NCBI GenBank assembly: GCA_030248215.1
Contig: JASANG010003910.1
Span: 372,001 to 415,973 of the forward strand
Direction: 5' to 3'
Source: Enoplolaimus lenunculus
Lineage: Eukaryota
Length of the DNA stretch: 43,973 nt
Shown one piece after another: positions 10,570-22,370 of this stretch. The notes under the pieces were generated by a model, which was not told the DNA's origin, ran no database searches, and saw nothing but the letters and a program-made list of their open reading frames with translations. The position numbers and the translations under genes are program-made. Each line of letters begins with the position of its first letter. Position 1 is the stretch's first letter.

Positions 10570-12341
10570 TTACGCGCTGGATTGCGGTAATTCTTCTGAT
10601 TTATGATTTCCCCACCCGCAAAAACTGCATTTATTTGCAGGATTAGAGAAACAATCTTTCTCGTTATGATTATTTCTGCCGCAATATGAGCATGGTGCTT
10701 GCTCCGTGGGTTTTGCTGGGTTATTTTGATTTTTATTTAGGGTCCTTGAATTGTCCGTTGATTTTAATGGGCAATCTTTGGCCAAATGGCCTTTCTGTGT
10801 GCATCTGTAACATGCACCAGCTGCTTTTAGCTGAACTAATTGTTCCGTTGTTTTTCGGACAAACGTATTTGTTTGTCTGTTTGGTAACTGTTCTTGATTG
10901 CTACTAATTTTTGTATTAGTAGACTTTTGTGTTCCTTGTGTGTTCTGATTCTTTCCTTTTCTGGAAGAATTATTTCCGTTTTCTTGTGTAACTCCTTCTA
11001 ATTGTAATTGCTTTTCTAATTTTAGGGAGCGGAATCGTAGTTGTTCAAACGATTCCACAATTCTTAATTGTAACTTATGTTTAATAGGTTTTATTGTATT
11101 ATTCATAAAGGTTTGGCAAAGAAGCTCTTGTGCTTCTGCCGTGTTTGTAAAATTCTTTTCCAAATGTCGGATCCAATACGATTGTAATTCATCAGCGTAA
11201 TCGCTTACGCTTCCAGTCTGTTTAATTTTTTGGAATGTAGACATTCTAGTACTAAGCATTTTTAAAAAAACGTAATTTCGTTGTTATGTCTGTAACTTCA
11301 GATGTTCTTAAAATTCTTTCGAATTTTTTGTAAAAGGTGTAAAAATCCGAAGTCCCATCATATGTGGGAACTGTTGGAATTTTATTCGGAAATTTTACTA
11401 CAATCTCCGCAGGCTGTGTGGCCTGCGGACCTGATTGCAATAAATTTTCTGGGGGATGTTGTGGTTCTGGTGTTGATCTCGCTGAACTTTGCAGTGTACT
11501 CTTGTTATTTGTTTTTCTTGCATTTAAATTTTAAATATTCTAACTGTTCAGCTGGTGGTAGTTTTTCCAACAGCTTTGCTGTTACTAACTGTTGCTGTAA
11601 CCACTGCTGAACTGGGGTATTACCCGGTTCTGTATTCTGCTGTTGCGCTATTATATGCCCAACAGTGTCTTGTTGTTGTGCATTTTGTAGGTTACTATTC
11701 GGATAATGATCCGTGTATACCTGTGTTTCTGGTAACCGTGTTACCGCTAATTGTAGTTGGTTTCGGATACTATCCGTAACCAACTTTTGTATTTCTGTTT
11801 CTATTGTATTTCTTATGTTTGCTAATTGTAGCATCTCGCAGCTTTGCGGCAAATGTGTTTCTGCCGCATATGCGGCTTTTGTTTCTGTTTCTAATAAATT
11901 ATCTTGTGTTTTCTCGCTAAGAGCGTTTGTGTTTATTTCTCGTGGCACTGGTTTTTTATCAACCGCCACGTTTTTATTTGTGAGTATTGCGCCTACTAGT
12001 TTTAACATTGTATCCTGATCAATTCCCTTCGGCACTATTGTAGGTGGCTGTGGTTGTGTTGTTTCTCGCCCTGTTTGTATTCTGGGCGGTGTTCTGGCAA
12101 GTGTCTTGCCTTTTCCTATGGGTTTGAAGTGCGTCAAGGAATTATCATGCTCAATATTTCCACTAGTAACACTAGTTGTTGGTAATTCGTCGTCTAATAA
12201 CGACGTCTCGCTAGCAAGCGAATCCATTGTGTTTTGTTGTGTATGTGGGATTATTTGTAATTTTGTTTGTCTACGTGTTAATATTTGGGAAGGGGGAGTT
12301 GTATTTTTATTTTGTGTGCTATCCAAATTTTTGGGGTCCAT
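10570..12341 (-). pseudogene. gag: Gypsy gag (frameshifted in three pieces) with a long low-complexity N-terminus, a capsid-like region and three CCHC knuckles
   Basis: ORFs 11505-12341, 11252-11440 (PTYDGTSDFYTFYKKFE) and 10570-11259. Knuckles CYRCTQKGHLAKDC, CSYCGRNNHNEKDC and a broken CSFCGWGNHKSEE. Confidence 0.85.
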
Positions 12342-12368
12342 TGAGGGATTTTAAAAATTTGTACCGGA

Positions 12369-12385
12369 GACCATCGTGGTCACCA
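12369..12385 (-). promoter_or_regulatory. Primer binding site (TGGTGACCACGATGGTC)
   Basis: Starts with TGG immediately after the 5' LTR. Resembles the complement of a tRNA-Trp or tRNA-Arg(TCG) 3' end; the tRNA cannot be resolved by eye. Confidence 0.75.
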
Positions 12386-13258
12386 TGTCGGATTTGGATG
12401 ATTTAAATGTGTATTTGTGTGTGGGGGTGTAGTTGTGTACAGAAATTGGGGCTATAATATGGGGAAAGAAGCACCAAGGAAATCCGAGAACTGTTGTGCT
12501 GCAAAAGGTACGGTCGCGATCTCCGGTAATTATTGTATGTGTGTGTGCTCCCTTACTCGCTCACAACAACGCATGGGGAGTAAATTTTATTTACGCGCTA
12601 CGGAACTTAGATAACTGTGTTGCCCAAAGGCGGATCTGCGCGCCGCGAAACGCACAATACTTAATATCTAAGACGCAGCGCCTGCGCAAAATACTAATCC
12701 ACCAGCTTAAGGCCTGGATTGATTTCTGACTTAAATCCAAAACTAATTTGTACTTACGTTCAACCGATGCCGTCGTCCGCACAGAAAACCATAAAACTCA
12801 TGATAATACAAACAAAATAATTCGCCAATCAATACTGCAAAACCAGTTTTAACACACAATTCTAAAACTCTTTCAAATTACCGACCGAATCTTGTAAACA
12901 AAATATCAAGAATTGATTATAATTTGTTTTGGAGGCCAGGCTACCTCCGCCTAATTTGAATAAATTAGGCGCCGCGTAAGTAAAACTGTCGGCCCCGAAC
13001 TGTTGTAATAAATACAACAGAAACAACAACATCATAAAATGCGTGGTGATGACTATTTCGTCATCACCACAATAAATACATAACAAAATAACAGCATAGT
13101 ACATGTGGTGATGACTATTTCTTCATCACCTCTAGCTAAGTCATTCAAAACCAATAATAAAAATAAAATATAAAAACTATTCTTAGGCGGGTCCCAGGGG
13201 CGGCATGTAGCACAGCTAGGGGAGATTAGTGTGGAACAGTAGACACTACGCCCCCACA
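12386..13258 (-). repeat. 5' LTR (873 bp)
   Basis: Direct repeat of 5860-6526 with TG..CA termini; adjacent to the PBS. Confidence 0.92.
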
Positions 13259-13908
13259 ATAAGTTGTTCAATTATACAAACAATGGACTATTTTCACACT
13301 TGCTTTCGCATTTACGCCTTAGGAACAGGCTTACCATAGCTTAAATGTAAGACTATTATTTGCTTAAGCCTTGTGGAAAGTGCGGATTCAATTTCACAAA
13401 ATTTATTTAATTTTCATCTAAAATCTTTGCGTATAACTGAACATAACTACATTTCGTTAAATTTAACGTAATGAAAATTTTGAAATAAATTTTAATTAAC
13501 GCCAAATATCAATTAGTTTAAAATAATCGACTTATGAACAATGCAAATTCCAGTAAACAGATTTTAATTCAGAATGAGATGAATCACTGAACCTGAATTG
13601 GGTCTTTCGGAACTCAATATTCTGGATTAATAGAATATAATCTGAGTTTCACGCTTAGGCGTAGGGATATGCTTACAATACTGTTCCGCCCCTGTTTTTC
13701 GCATTGGCCCAAAATTACTATGTCCGCAATTTCTAGCTACAATAATTTAACTTATACGACGACTATTAGAATTGACCTATAACTTCAGTATACTGGAATT
13801 AAACTAAATTTTGGACAATACACTATGAAAAAGGTACCATTTTTGTCCACACTACAACGTTGTATAATATAAATAATGGATTAAATGTTGGATAAAGTGT
13901 ACAAGAGC

Positions 13909-14259
13909 CAGGGTTGGGCATCGGAAAAAATCCAACGGAACAGGTTTTTTCTGTTTTTCCGACGGGGGTGGAAAAAAACGAAAAAAGCTTTATTATTAAT
14001 CTCAGTAAATTACTCGCAAACAACGACAAAACACGGAACACCGTAAGAAATTGGTTTTTCTCACGCTCCTGTCATCGTGAAGGCTAAAGTTTGTGGCCAC
14101 CTTAACGGTCATATACAGCTGTTTAGGTATAATAAATAATTTGTTAACGTTCTTTCAGTTGTGGAAGTATTAGGACATGATTTGAAATTTTTTCCGGGAA
14201 CAGCGAAAAAGCTCGCTTTAAGTCTTGCAAGTCAATTTTTCCAGAAAAAACCAACCCTG
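13909..14259. mobile_element. hAT-like MITE (TIR CAGGGTTGG)
   Basis: CAGGGTTGG...CCAACCCTG with 8-bp flanks ACAAGAGC/GCAACAGC (6/8). Confidence 0.6.
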
Positions 14260-14290
14260 GCAACAGCTAAGACAACGATTCAAAACATAC

Positions 14291-14382
14291 AGTCGCTTGT
14301 ACTGAATCAAGTTGCCGTCCACCGTGATTCGATACAATAATTCCTGATGCGCCATGTTCAACTGCCAATCTGGCGTCTTGTG
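14291..14382 (-). CDS. HAO: Hydroxyacid oxidase exon 6: [31 protein letters not shown]
   Basis: Catalytic SNHGGRQ signature of FMN-dependent alpha-hydroxy acid oxidases; AG/GT sites. Confidence 0.95.
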
Positions 14383-14774
14383 CTTAAAACAAACCATATA
14401 GCATCAGTACGAATGTAACCCAATCGTATTTGCACCATACTTGGACCGCTGCTATAACTACTGAGCGGCCAGTTCTGTAAACTTTTCGCTACAATGGCCC
14501 TAAAGACCTAAGTTTGATACTACTAGGTACATTACGAAGCGGTTTGCGAAAATTTACTACGGACGAGCTGGATGAAAGAATTGCCAAGCGTAAGCCTAAG
14601 CGTAAGCCTAAGCATAAGCTTAAGTCTAAGCCTAAACCTAAACCTAAGCCTAAGCCAAAGCCTAAGCCTAAGCCTAAGCCTAAGCCTAGAGAAAAATTAC
14701 GCCCCTAAACGTAACATGAGAAGCAACGGATATAAGTAGGAAAAGTAAAGGTTTCTAAATTACTCTACTCGTAC

Positions 14775-14941
14775 GAGTAAGTATTCCTTTAAGTATAATG
14801 GGCAGTGCGGTCGCCGATCGCAGCCAATCGATGTCCTTCCATGTGATTTCGCAGTTGAACACTTCACCGGCTAAATATGCAGTGACATCTGAGTATCCAC
14901 CGGATTTCATCAAGTTCAAATCAACCTTAATGTTTCCAGCT
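14775..14941 (-). CDS. HAO: Hydroxyacid oxidase exon 5: AGNIKVDLN...ITWKDIDWLRSATALPIILKGILT
   Basis: Conserved TWxDIxWLRSxTxLPIxLKGI motif; tttcag acceptor; phases consistent. Confidence 0.93.
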
Positions 14942-16104
14942 CTGAAAATAAATGTGTCAAACTTCGTACTTGTAAAAACTGCACTTTTTTAATACAATAA
15001 CAAAACTGTAACTCTGGCGAAATGTAATTTGGGAGTTGTTTCTTTATTTTTCATGGTATTTTACATTTACGTACGCAACTGGACAGAGTACCGTAAGGGC
15101 GCTAGCGGGTCGAAGACCGCGCCATTCAGGCCCAAGCCTTCCAACAGGAACCAAAACAAACACTTTGAAAAAACAGGGCTGTCACATTTTTTCGTTTTAA
15201 CAACAAATAATTGCTGTCCAAGTTTTGCGGTTTCCGACCAAAATATTTCGCTGTCACATTTTGCCATTTTTCTTGCGAAGTGTTTTCCCTGGGAAAATAA
15301 TTAGTTATCAGGAGGATATTCCAAACGCTCACGGTCTGGTGGACCTTATCCTCGGCGGCCTGCATATTCAAATGATTGTTAATAGCCGCATATTTATTAA
15401 AAATTTTGCGACTGTCTGCTTCAGCTACTTATATGACGGCATCCGGCTATTCGAAATAAAAACACTTTCTTAATAATGCACCACTCCTTCATAAATTTAA
15501 GTTTTCAATCAAGAAAATTTGGAAACGAATTATTTCTTAATTTTCTAACACTTCTTAATCTATTTCGCAATTATTGTTAATTTCGGAATTTGCATTAAAA
15601 TCATAATACACATATATCAGTTTGAATTTCCCTCTTCATTTCTTATTAGTTGCACCATACCATCACACCATATGAATATTATAATTGTAATAATGCTAAT
15701 TACTGATCAAGTATTTGCCGTATTGTCACAGTTCTGTGCAAGATGGCAGATTGTTCTAGATCTATTTTACGTGGTAACCCGAAAGCGTCGCATGATTCCA
15801 AAAGTAATACGACCAGGACAACGTAACTTCTTAATAAATTATAATTATGTGTGTTCAAAATTTAAACGGAAATATGAGACTATTGCTTGCAAAAAACTGA
15901 TTGGTATAAAAAATATCATATCAAACGCTTTTCAGTATTCAAACATAGGCTAATTTTTGCAGAAACTCTAAAATGAATTGCTAGCCTAGCAAAACGCTGT
16001 TTACTAAAGGCTTTGTAGCGTTCGTCAAATTTTGTAACAGCGAAATTGCGTTTCTTATTTGCGGTATGATTGCCTAATCATATATACCAAAAGTATGATT
16101 TCAC

Positions 16105-16238
16105 TTGTCATTTGCAAATCGGTGTCGTTGCTGCGCACGGCGATTGCCAATTGCTGCCAAATCTACCGTTGGGCAAATTGCTTCATATCCTGATAAACGC
16201 TCAACACGTTTAATGAGATTTAGTGTTTTCGATTGATC
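16105..16238 (-). CDS. HAO: Hydroxyacid oxidase exon 4: DQSKTLNLIKRVERLSGYEAICPTVDLAAIGNRRAQQRHRF
   Basis: GYxAIxxTVD...GxR motif carrying the conserved Asp and Arg; AG/GT sites; phase 0 to 2 fits both neighbours. Confidence 0.9.
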
Positions 16239-16287
16239 CTAAATAACAATAAAAACGCTTTGTATCTCTATTCCTTTCTATCTTTGG

Positions 16288-16488
16288 GGTCAATGTACAC
16301 AACCGGGGCTGAACAGTATTATAAGCATATCCCTAAGCCTAAGCTTAAGCCTAAGCGCAAGAATGGGTTGATTTCTAAGCCTAAACGTAAGCCTAAGTGT
16401 AAGCCAAGCAAAAAATTAGTCTAAAACTTAAGCTTACTCTATTCTAGTTCCATAGAAAAACGTTCCGCCCCTGTCCTTTACATGGGCC
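16288..16488. mobile_element. TTAGGC-repeat MITE
   Basis: TIRs present; flanks ATCTTTGG/ATCTTTGC (8-bp TSD, 7/8). Confidence 0.8.
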
Positions 16489-17339
16489 ATCTTTGCTAAG
16501 GCAAAAAATAACAGATTAGCAAAATTATAGTTTTTCATGAGCGCGTAGCAAGAGGGGGCCCGGGGGTTGGTCTTTGACCCCCATGTGGTCTTCTTGCAAA
16601 AACTTTGTTCTGCTTGTGACAATTGTAAAATCATCTGCAAGCCCCTCCATAAATAATTTTGCACCCTTTGCACGTTGAGCTAGCTGACTGCGGATTTCTA
16701 GGCTTGTACAAACTAGTAGAGTAAACATCAATCTTCTAGATACACTGGTCTTATTGACACACAAAATTTTCAAACCTTCTAAACAATGTCTTATGTAAGG
16801 GGATGACCAATCAGAATCGCACATCAATCGATTTTATGCAGGACTGAACATTAACACGGAAATTTGGATAAGTGGGAAAAATTAAAATAAGACGCTTCAA
16901 TGGTGCAAACCGTAATTAATGAGTTGATTCAGACGGCAACTAATCATCATTTGGTTACATCTACAATTTTCGAAAAATGTATTAGGCAGGCATAACCACA
17001 AATTTAACTAAATTTTATAAAGATCATCTTATCCTGCAAAATGTGTTTGTTTTTACTTGTTCAGTTGTGGTGTGCCGTAATATACGTAGATTAACGGAAA
17101 TTTAGCCATTTAAGCATTGTTTTCGGTTGGCCAAACAATAACGTTTTTAGTTAGGTAATAACTTCAAAATTATCTAAATTGTATGAAAAGCATCCGAGTT
17201 CTACACAATATGTTTCTTTTATTTGTTCAGTTTCGCTGGCCATAATATCTCGATATACGCAGATAAGTGGAAAATTAGCAGTTTAAGTATTTACTACCGC
17301 GTGGTTGATGTTGTTTTTACATTTACAATAATAGGTTTG

Positions 17340-18700
17340 AAAATAAATAGCCAAAAAGCTTGGAATACCGCGAATAACACTTTGGTGTCGTTTTGTGTCC
17401 GGCAGATGCAACCCCCCTTGCTTATGCCGTTTGGTTTTGTCGGAAGTCGAGGAAAAGTTAACGAATGCAAAATGTGAGGTTTGCACTGACAATTGACACA
17501 CCAAGGCAGTTAGTTTTAAGTTTTGTTGAATTTAATTACATCAAACACCCATTCAGTAACAGCGCAGGTCGTCCTGGCTGAATATGGTAGGGCTGTTTCC
17601 TCTGAAGTGTTTTTCCTATACGAGAAAATGGTCTAAGGAACCGTACGCTCGGGCGAACCGAGAAAGAATTAAAATCTTTTTGCCAGATTGAACAGTTTTT
17701 GGTTAAAATTGGTTCCAAGGACAATGGTCGTCTTAATGTAGACGTAACTGTAGTTCCAGCAGAACAGGTTATAGTTCTCAAGAATGAAGAAGGGCCAAGT
17801 TACTAGGGGCGAACAGAGAGCGACGCCAGCCCACAAAAAAAACACCAACAAAAAAAAAAAAACACCCCCCCCCCAAAACACCCAAACTGAATGAAGTATC
17901 CAGAATAACTTCTGCAAAATAAGGGGTAAACACAACTGTTGTATTTTGCTGTATAAAATGCCGAGAGCGTTTTTATCCCTTATGCTTATCATCAAGTGTG
18001 CGAAAGCAGCACAAGATCACTTAAAAATTGACTTCCCGGAACCATTGTTGTGCGTTTTAAAACCGGATGGATAAACAAAGAAAATTTTTGGGCCCATGTG
18101 TAGAACAGGGCCGGATCGTTTTCTGGAGGGGCTATAATAGAGTCATTTTATGCTTTAGACTAATGTTTTGCTTATGCTTAGGTTTAGGCTTAGACTTAGG
18201 CTTAGGAATACGCTCATCCATACGCGTAGGCTTAGGCTTAGGCTAAGGAATATGCTTATACTACTGTTCCGGCCCTGTTCTATACATGGGCCAATTTTTG
18301 AAATGGTTTTGTGCACCTTACCTCCAAGACAAGGTCATGAGAAAGTTGTTTTGGCTATGGATGGTCATGAGAAAGTTGTTTTGGCTATGGATGACCACGC
18401 TAGTCATGCTGAATTTGAGTTATATACGAGTCAAACAGAACAACACGGAATTAGTTAACTAGCTGTCCCTTACCCTTCCAACTGAATACAACCTTAGATG
18501 TTGCCTTTTTTAGACCGTTCAAACGTGTTTTCTGTGATACTACAATCCGGGTAAAACTATCGACAGAGAAAACTTTGGCCCAACGTTTTTATGCCGCATA
18601 TAGACGAGCCTGAGCCTGTAAACAAGCAAAAACCGCTGTCAGATTCCGCAAAACCGAATTGTTCCGGTTAATCATTGGTGCAATTTCGCCGGAAAGTTAT
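17340..18700 (+). mobile_element. Fossil pogo/Tigger-like (Tc1/mariner superfamily, HTH plus DDE_1) transposase inside HAO intron 3
   Basis: Recognisable fragments across frames: GIPRITL (HTH), IKHPFS..AGRPG, RLNVD, TTVVFCC, GWINKE, VVLAMDGH/DDHASH and QP(L)DVAFFRPFK. Many stops and frameshifts; interrupted by a MITE at 18091. Confidence 0.75.
18091..18292. mobile_element. TTAGGC-repeat MITE, subfamily A, nested in the pogo fossil
   Basis: GGCCCATGTGTAGAACAGGGCCGGA TIRs; perfect 8-bp TSD AATTTTTG. Confidence 0.9.
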
Positions 18701-18793
18701 GTTTCCGTCGACGTAATAATAGAAAAAACTGACAATATAAACCTAATCAAGCAGTTATCTCGAATATGTTCACAAAATTTTGATACCAATGAT

Positions 18794-18979
18794 GGCCCAT
18801 GTTACTTTTAGGGCCGTCCCAGTTTCTGGTGGGTCTCTAAAAGAGAGTAGAATTACATTCTAGACATTTTTTGCTCAGGATTACGCTTAGGCTTCGGCTT
18901 ACGCTTAGGAATACTTTATAGCAACGCTTAGGCTTTGGCTTAGGAATACGCTTAATCTACTGTTACGGCCGTAAAGGTT
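18794..18979. mobile_element. TTAGGC-repeat MITE, subfamily B
   Basis: GGCCCATGTTACTTTTAGGGCCGT left TIR, eroded right TIR; 8-bp TSD CCAATGAT. Confidence 0.82.
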
Positions 18980-19845
18980 CCAATGATGCTGTTTCAGCTA
19001 AACAAGAAAATGATAATCAGAAAATTCACATTAATTATTTAAGCAATAACTTGTCAGCATCAGTCTTTAATGATGGAGTATATCAAACGCCACGATAGGT
19101 GACTCGTGTATATCTGAAGTGTCCGGAGTTGACAGGTTGAAGTGTATAGATTGCTGAGCATTGGAGCATGCTACATGCGGAGGTGATCCAACAATCGAGG
19201 GATATTTTATTGTAAAGTATATCTACCGAATGTTGTAGGAAGATTAACTAATCAGTCAAAGAAAAGCAAATAAAGGATCATAACGCAAATCTATTTGATT
19301 CTGCTTCCATTATAAAAATTATCTGGTTGATTTTTATTGTTTTTTTTGCGTGTATTAATAGCTTACGTTGCTGGTTTTATTAATTTTCTGTTGTATTGCA
19401 ACTCTTCCTATTTTTGTTTATGTGTTGTATAGCAATTCTACTGATTTTTGCTCAGATTGCATTGAGCTAATTTGAACTTATAAAGAAACAAAGTGCTTGA
19501 CATATACCTATTTTATTCCTAGTTGCGATGAAGCTTCAGCTTTCGTCTTACGCTTCAAAAAATGGTGAGTCATATTGACTCTCTCCGAAATAGGCTTTTC
19601 CTGACTACACAATCTGAGTCAAAATTCGACTTTGCCAGAGCCAAACTCGAATCAATGAGTCGCTCCGTGAGTCAAATTTGACTCTGGCGGAGTCGAATTT
19701 GACTTAGTTTGTGTAGTCTTGAAAAACCTATTTCGGGAAGCAGTGGCGGATCCAGGATCTCAAAAGGGGGGCCAAAATTTTACTCAATTTCAAACATAAA
19801 TAAAGAGATATTAGTTACATTTATTAGCATTTTTAGACTGGTGAT

Positions 19846-20061
19846 GGCCCATGTATATATAGACCAGGGCCAGAACGTTTCTCCGCAGGGCTGTAATAGT
19901 GTCAAGTTAAGCTTTAGATTAACTTTTTTTGCTGAGGCTTAGGCTTAGGCTTAGCCTTACGGATACGTTCATCCTTTACGCTTAGGCTTAGCCTTAAGCG
20001 TAGGCTTTAGGCGTAGAAATATGCGTATACCACTGCTCCGGCCCGGTTCTATATATGAGCC
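19846..20061. mobile_element. TTAGGC-repeat MITE, subfamily A
   Basis: TIRs present; TSD CTGGTGAT/GTGGTGAT. Confidence 0.82.
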
Positions 20062-20176
20062 GTGGTGATGGTAAACTCTTTCCAGTTGAAAGCCTGCTGA
20101 TTTGTCAATCCTGGCTTAAAATATTGAGATGAAACAAAAATTATTCATGGATTAGAGTTGAATAAGCAATATTAAC

Positions 20177-20292
20177 CTTTTGAAAATACAGCTGAAACCA
20201 TTTGCGAGTACTTGGCGCAGCTGCGGCAATTTCTTCTACGATAAACGAAGAATTTGTACTAGTGATCATTATTGTACCAATATCCGCACATG
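20177..20292 (-). CDS. HAO: Hydroxyacid oxidase exon 3: ACADIGTIMITSTNSSFIVEEIAAAAPSTRKWFQLYFQK
   Basis: WFQLY motif carrying the catalytic Tyr; AG/GT sites. Confidence 0.92.
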
Positions 20293-21133
20293 CTGAAGAT
20301 AATACAATATTTATAAGAACAACATGTAAAAGCGTTATTGGTCATCCACGTAATAATGCGCACAGAGTTGTAAAAAATTTTTCCACCTACCCCCTTAGGA
20401 CCAGTATTAAACAACGATGTTTATAACCAGGCCCTGACAACAACACACACCATTTGATTTTGATATCCGGTTTTGTTCTTACAGTGGCCCAAGGGAATAG
20501 CGACAAAACGGAGTTCCTCGGTAAGGGCTGCTGAAAAAATGCACAGCAATAGTCCCGTCGAACAGTGTCTCGTTATAGTGTAAGGACATAGTCCACCGCG
20601 TACTGATCCCGTAACGACATTGAAAATTCTGTAAGTAGGATATCTCAGTTGTCCTTGGACTCCGCCAAGAGATTAGTTCTAAACATAACATCCTTCTTAC
20701 AGAGTTCGTGAAAATGACATATATCTGTCCTTATCCAGACCTGGACAATTATTTACAGTAGTGCTCGCATATTACGTGGATGACCCATTCGAATATAGCA
20801 TAATTTAACTATAAGATTGCTCGTTCGATATTCCGTCAACTGACTTTACAAATAAAAAACTGCATTTTTATGCTGAATAATTTTCCGCTTACACTTCTCG
20901 ACCTGAACAAAAATGCTACTCCAACAATTGTTTTACGAATAAGACACCAGTGTAAAACTTGAATCGGTCTTTCATCAAGCAATTTATTCCTATCGCTGGC
21001 TGAAACATTTCCACGAGAGGCAAAGAAAATTTAATTCAATTCTTTTAATGCAATTGTCGGGTAAACAAGCGAACGGTTTCATAGGACAGCGCCATCCGCT
21101 GGCCCGCCGTAGTTGCGAGCATGAACTGCATAC

Positions 21134-21288
21134 CTTTAGCTGTAGCTATTTCACCGTCATCATGAGCTAATTTGTGCATTCCTGACGGCGCAGCACCGAT
21201 TGGTAAGCGGATCGGGCGACCCAAAACGGTTGTTGCTGCACTTCGTTGCCCTATATTATCCACCAAAACTCGAGGACGAAATTTGTAT
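21134..21288 (-). CDS. HAO: Hydroxyacid oxidase exon 2: YKFRPRVLVD...PIGAAPSGMHKLAHDDGEIATAK
   Basis: RPRVL and PIxxAP...HxDGE motifs; ttttag / gtatgc sites. Confidence 0.93.
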
Positions 21289-21619
21289 CTAAAAACGTTC
21301 AAGCGTATGGTTTAAATTTTACTGCGATACAGGTATGATTCAGTGACTGTGTCACTGAATTTCAATCCCTTGGATTGCCCCATTTGCCGAAAAAATCTGT
21401 TTATGCTATAACTTTTCCTACAAAATTTTGTATTAACTGTATATTATAAAAACAATTAAAAATAAAATACAAATACATCATGCTTCGGTGCTGTATTGTA
21501 TCTGCTAAGTTTACAATTGCGTTAGAAATTTCGATTAAGGCAGCAAAAATAGCTTATATCCGACATCTGACTCTCACAACCCTGATGTATGTAGAAGGTT
21601 CTAGTTATACAGGGGTATT

Positions 21620-21783
21620 GGCCAATGTGTAGAACAAGACCGGAACAGTAGCATAAGCATATTCCTAAGCCTAAGCCTAAGCCTAATCCGCCTAAGCCTA
21701 AGCAAAAAAAATAGTCTAAAGCTTAAGCTTACTTTATTACAGTCCCGCCGAAAAACGTCCCGGCCCTGTTCTATACGTGGACC
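21620..21783. mobile_element. TTAGGC-repeat MITE, subfamily A
   Basis: Perfect 8-bp TSD GGGGTATT. Confidence 0.88.
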
Positions 21784-21912
21784 GGGGTATTTATCAAACC
21801 AAAATTTCTCAAGATAACAAAAAGCAACTGCTTTTAAATAAATGTCTGGTTTTTGAAACTTAGACTTCAAAACAATCTCTCACTCGCTACGTTTGCGTGT
21901 TATAAATACCTT

Positions 21913-22057
21913 GGCCAATGTAAAGAACAGGGGCGGAATAGTATTACAAGCATATTCCTAAGCCTAAGCCTAAGTCAAGCAAAAAATTAGTCTAAAGCCA
22001 AAGTTTACTCCTTTCTAGTCAAATAAAAACGTTCCGCCCCTGATCTTTACATGGACC
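21913..22057. mobile_element. TTAGGC-repeat MITE, subfamily A2
   Basis: GGCCAATGTAAAGAACAGGGGCGGAA TIR; perfect 8-bp TSD AATACCTT. Confidence 0.88.
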
Positions 22058-22370
22058 AATACCTTTTCATGTAATTATAATTATGCCGAAATGAAATCTT
22101 GGTTTCCCATATCCCACAAATGAATCCTCAGAAAGGCATAGCCAGGGTGTGTTCAGAGGCAAACGCTTTGTTAATATTTTTAGTTCATAGGTTTAGGAAT
22201 GCTTAGCTATAATTTCATTCTTACGCCTAGACTTAGGTTTAGGCGTAGTAATATTCTTGTACAGCTGCTGCGGCTGTGTTCTATACATTGGCCACAATTT
22301 TTTAATATATACAAGACTAAAGGTCCATTTGAAAACAATCAGCTACACCCATGAAAACGTTAATATATAC

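Larger units (their letters stand above)
5860..13258 (-). mobile_element. Ty3/Gypsy LTR retrotransposon (7.4 kb, decayed) with an integrase C-terminal PHD finger, inside HAO intron 6
   Basis: Two TG...CA LTRs, PBS, PPT and gag-PR-RT-RH-IN order. Flanks ATAAT/ATAAG form a probable 5-bp TSD with 1 mismatch. ORFs are broken by frameshifts, stops and deletions. Confidence 0.95.

Noticed and set aside
14585..14690. True telomere, or KPKPKP/LRLRLR proteins from (GCCTAA)n
   Set aside because: The arrays are short, interstitial and mostly bounded by TIRs/TSDs. The ORFs are translations of the hexamer.
17831..17890. Irregular A/C homopolymer-rich patches (also about 23440-23600, 30080-30115 and 37355-37389)
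   Set aside because: They interrupt otherwise regular sequence and look like low-quality long-read consensus or simple-sequence noise, not a biological signal. Raw reads would be needed to decide.
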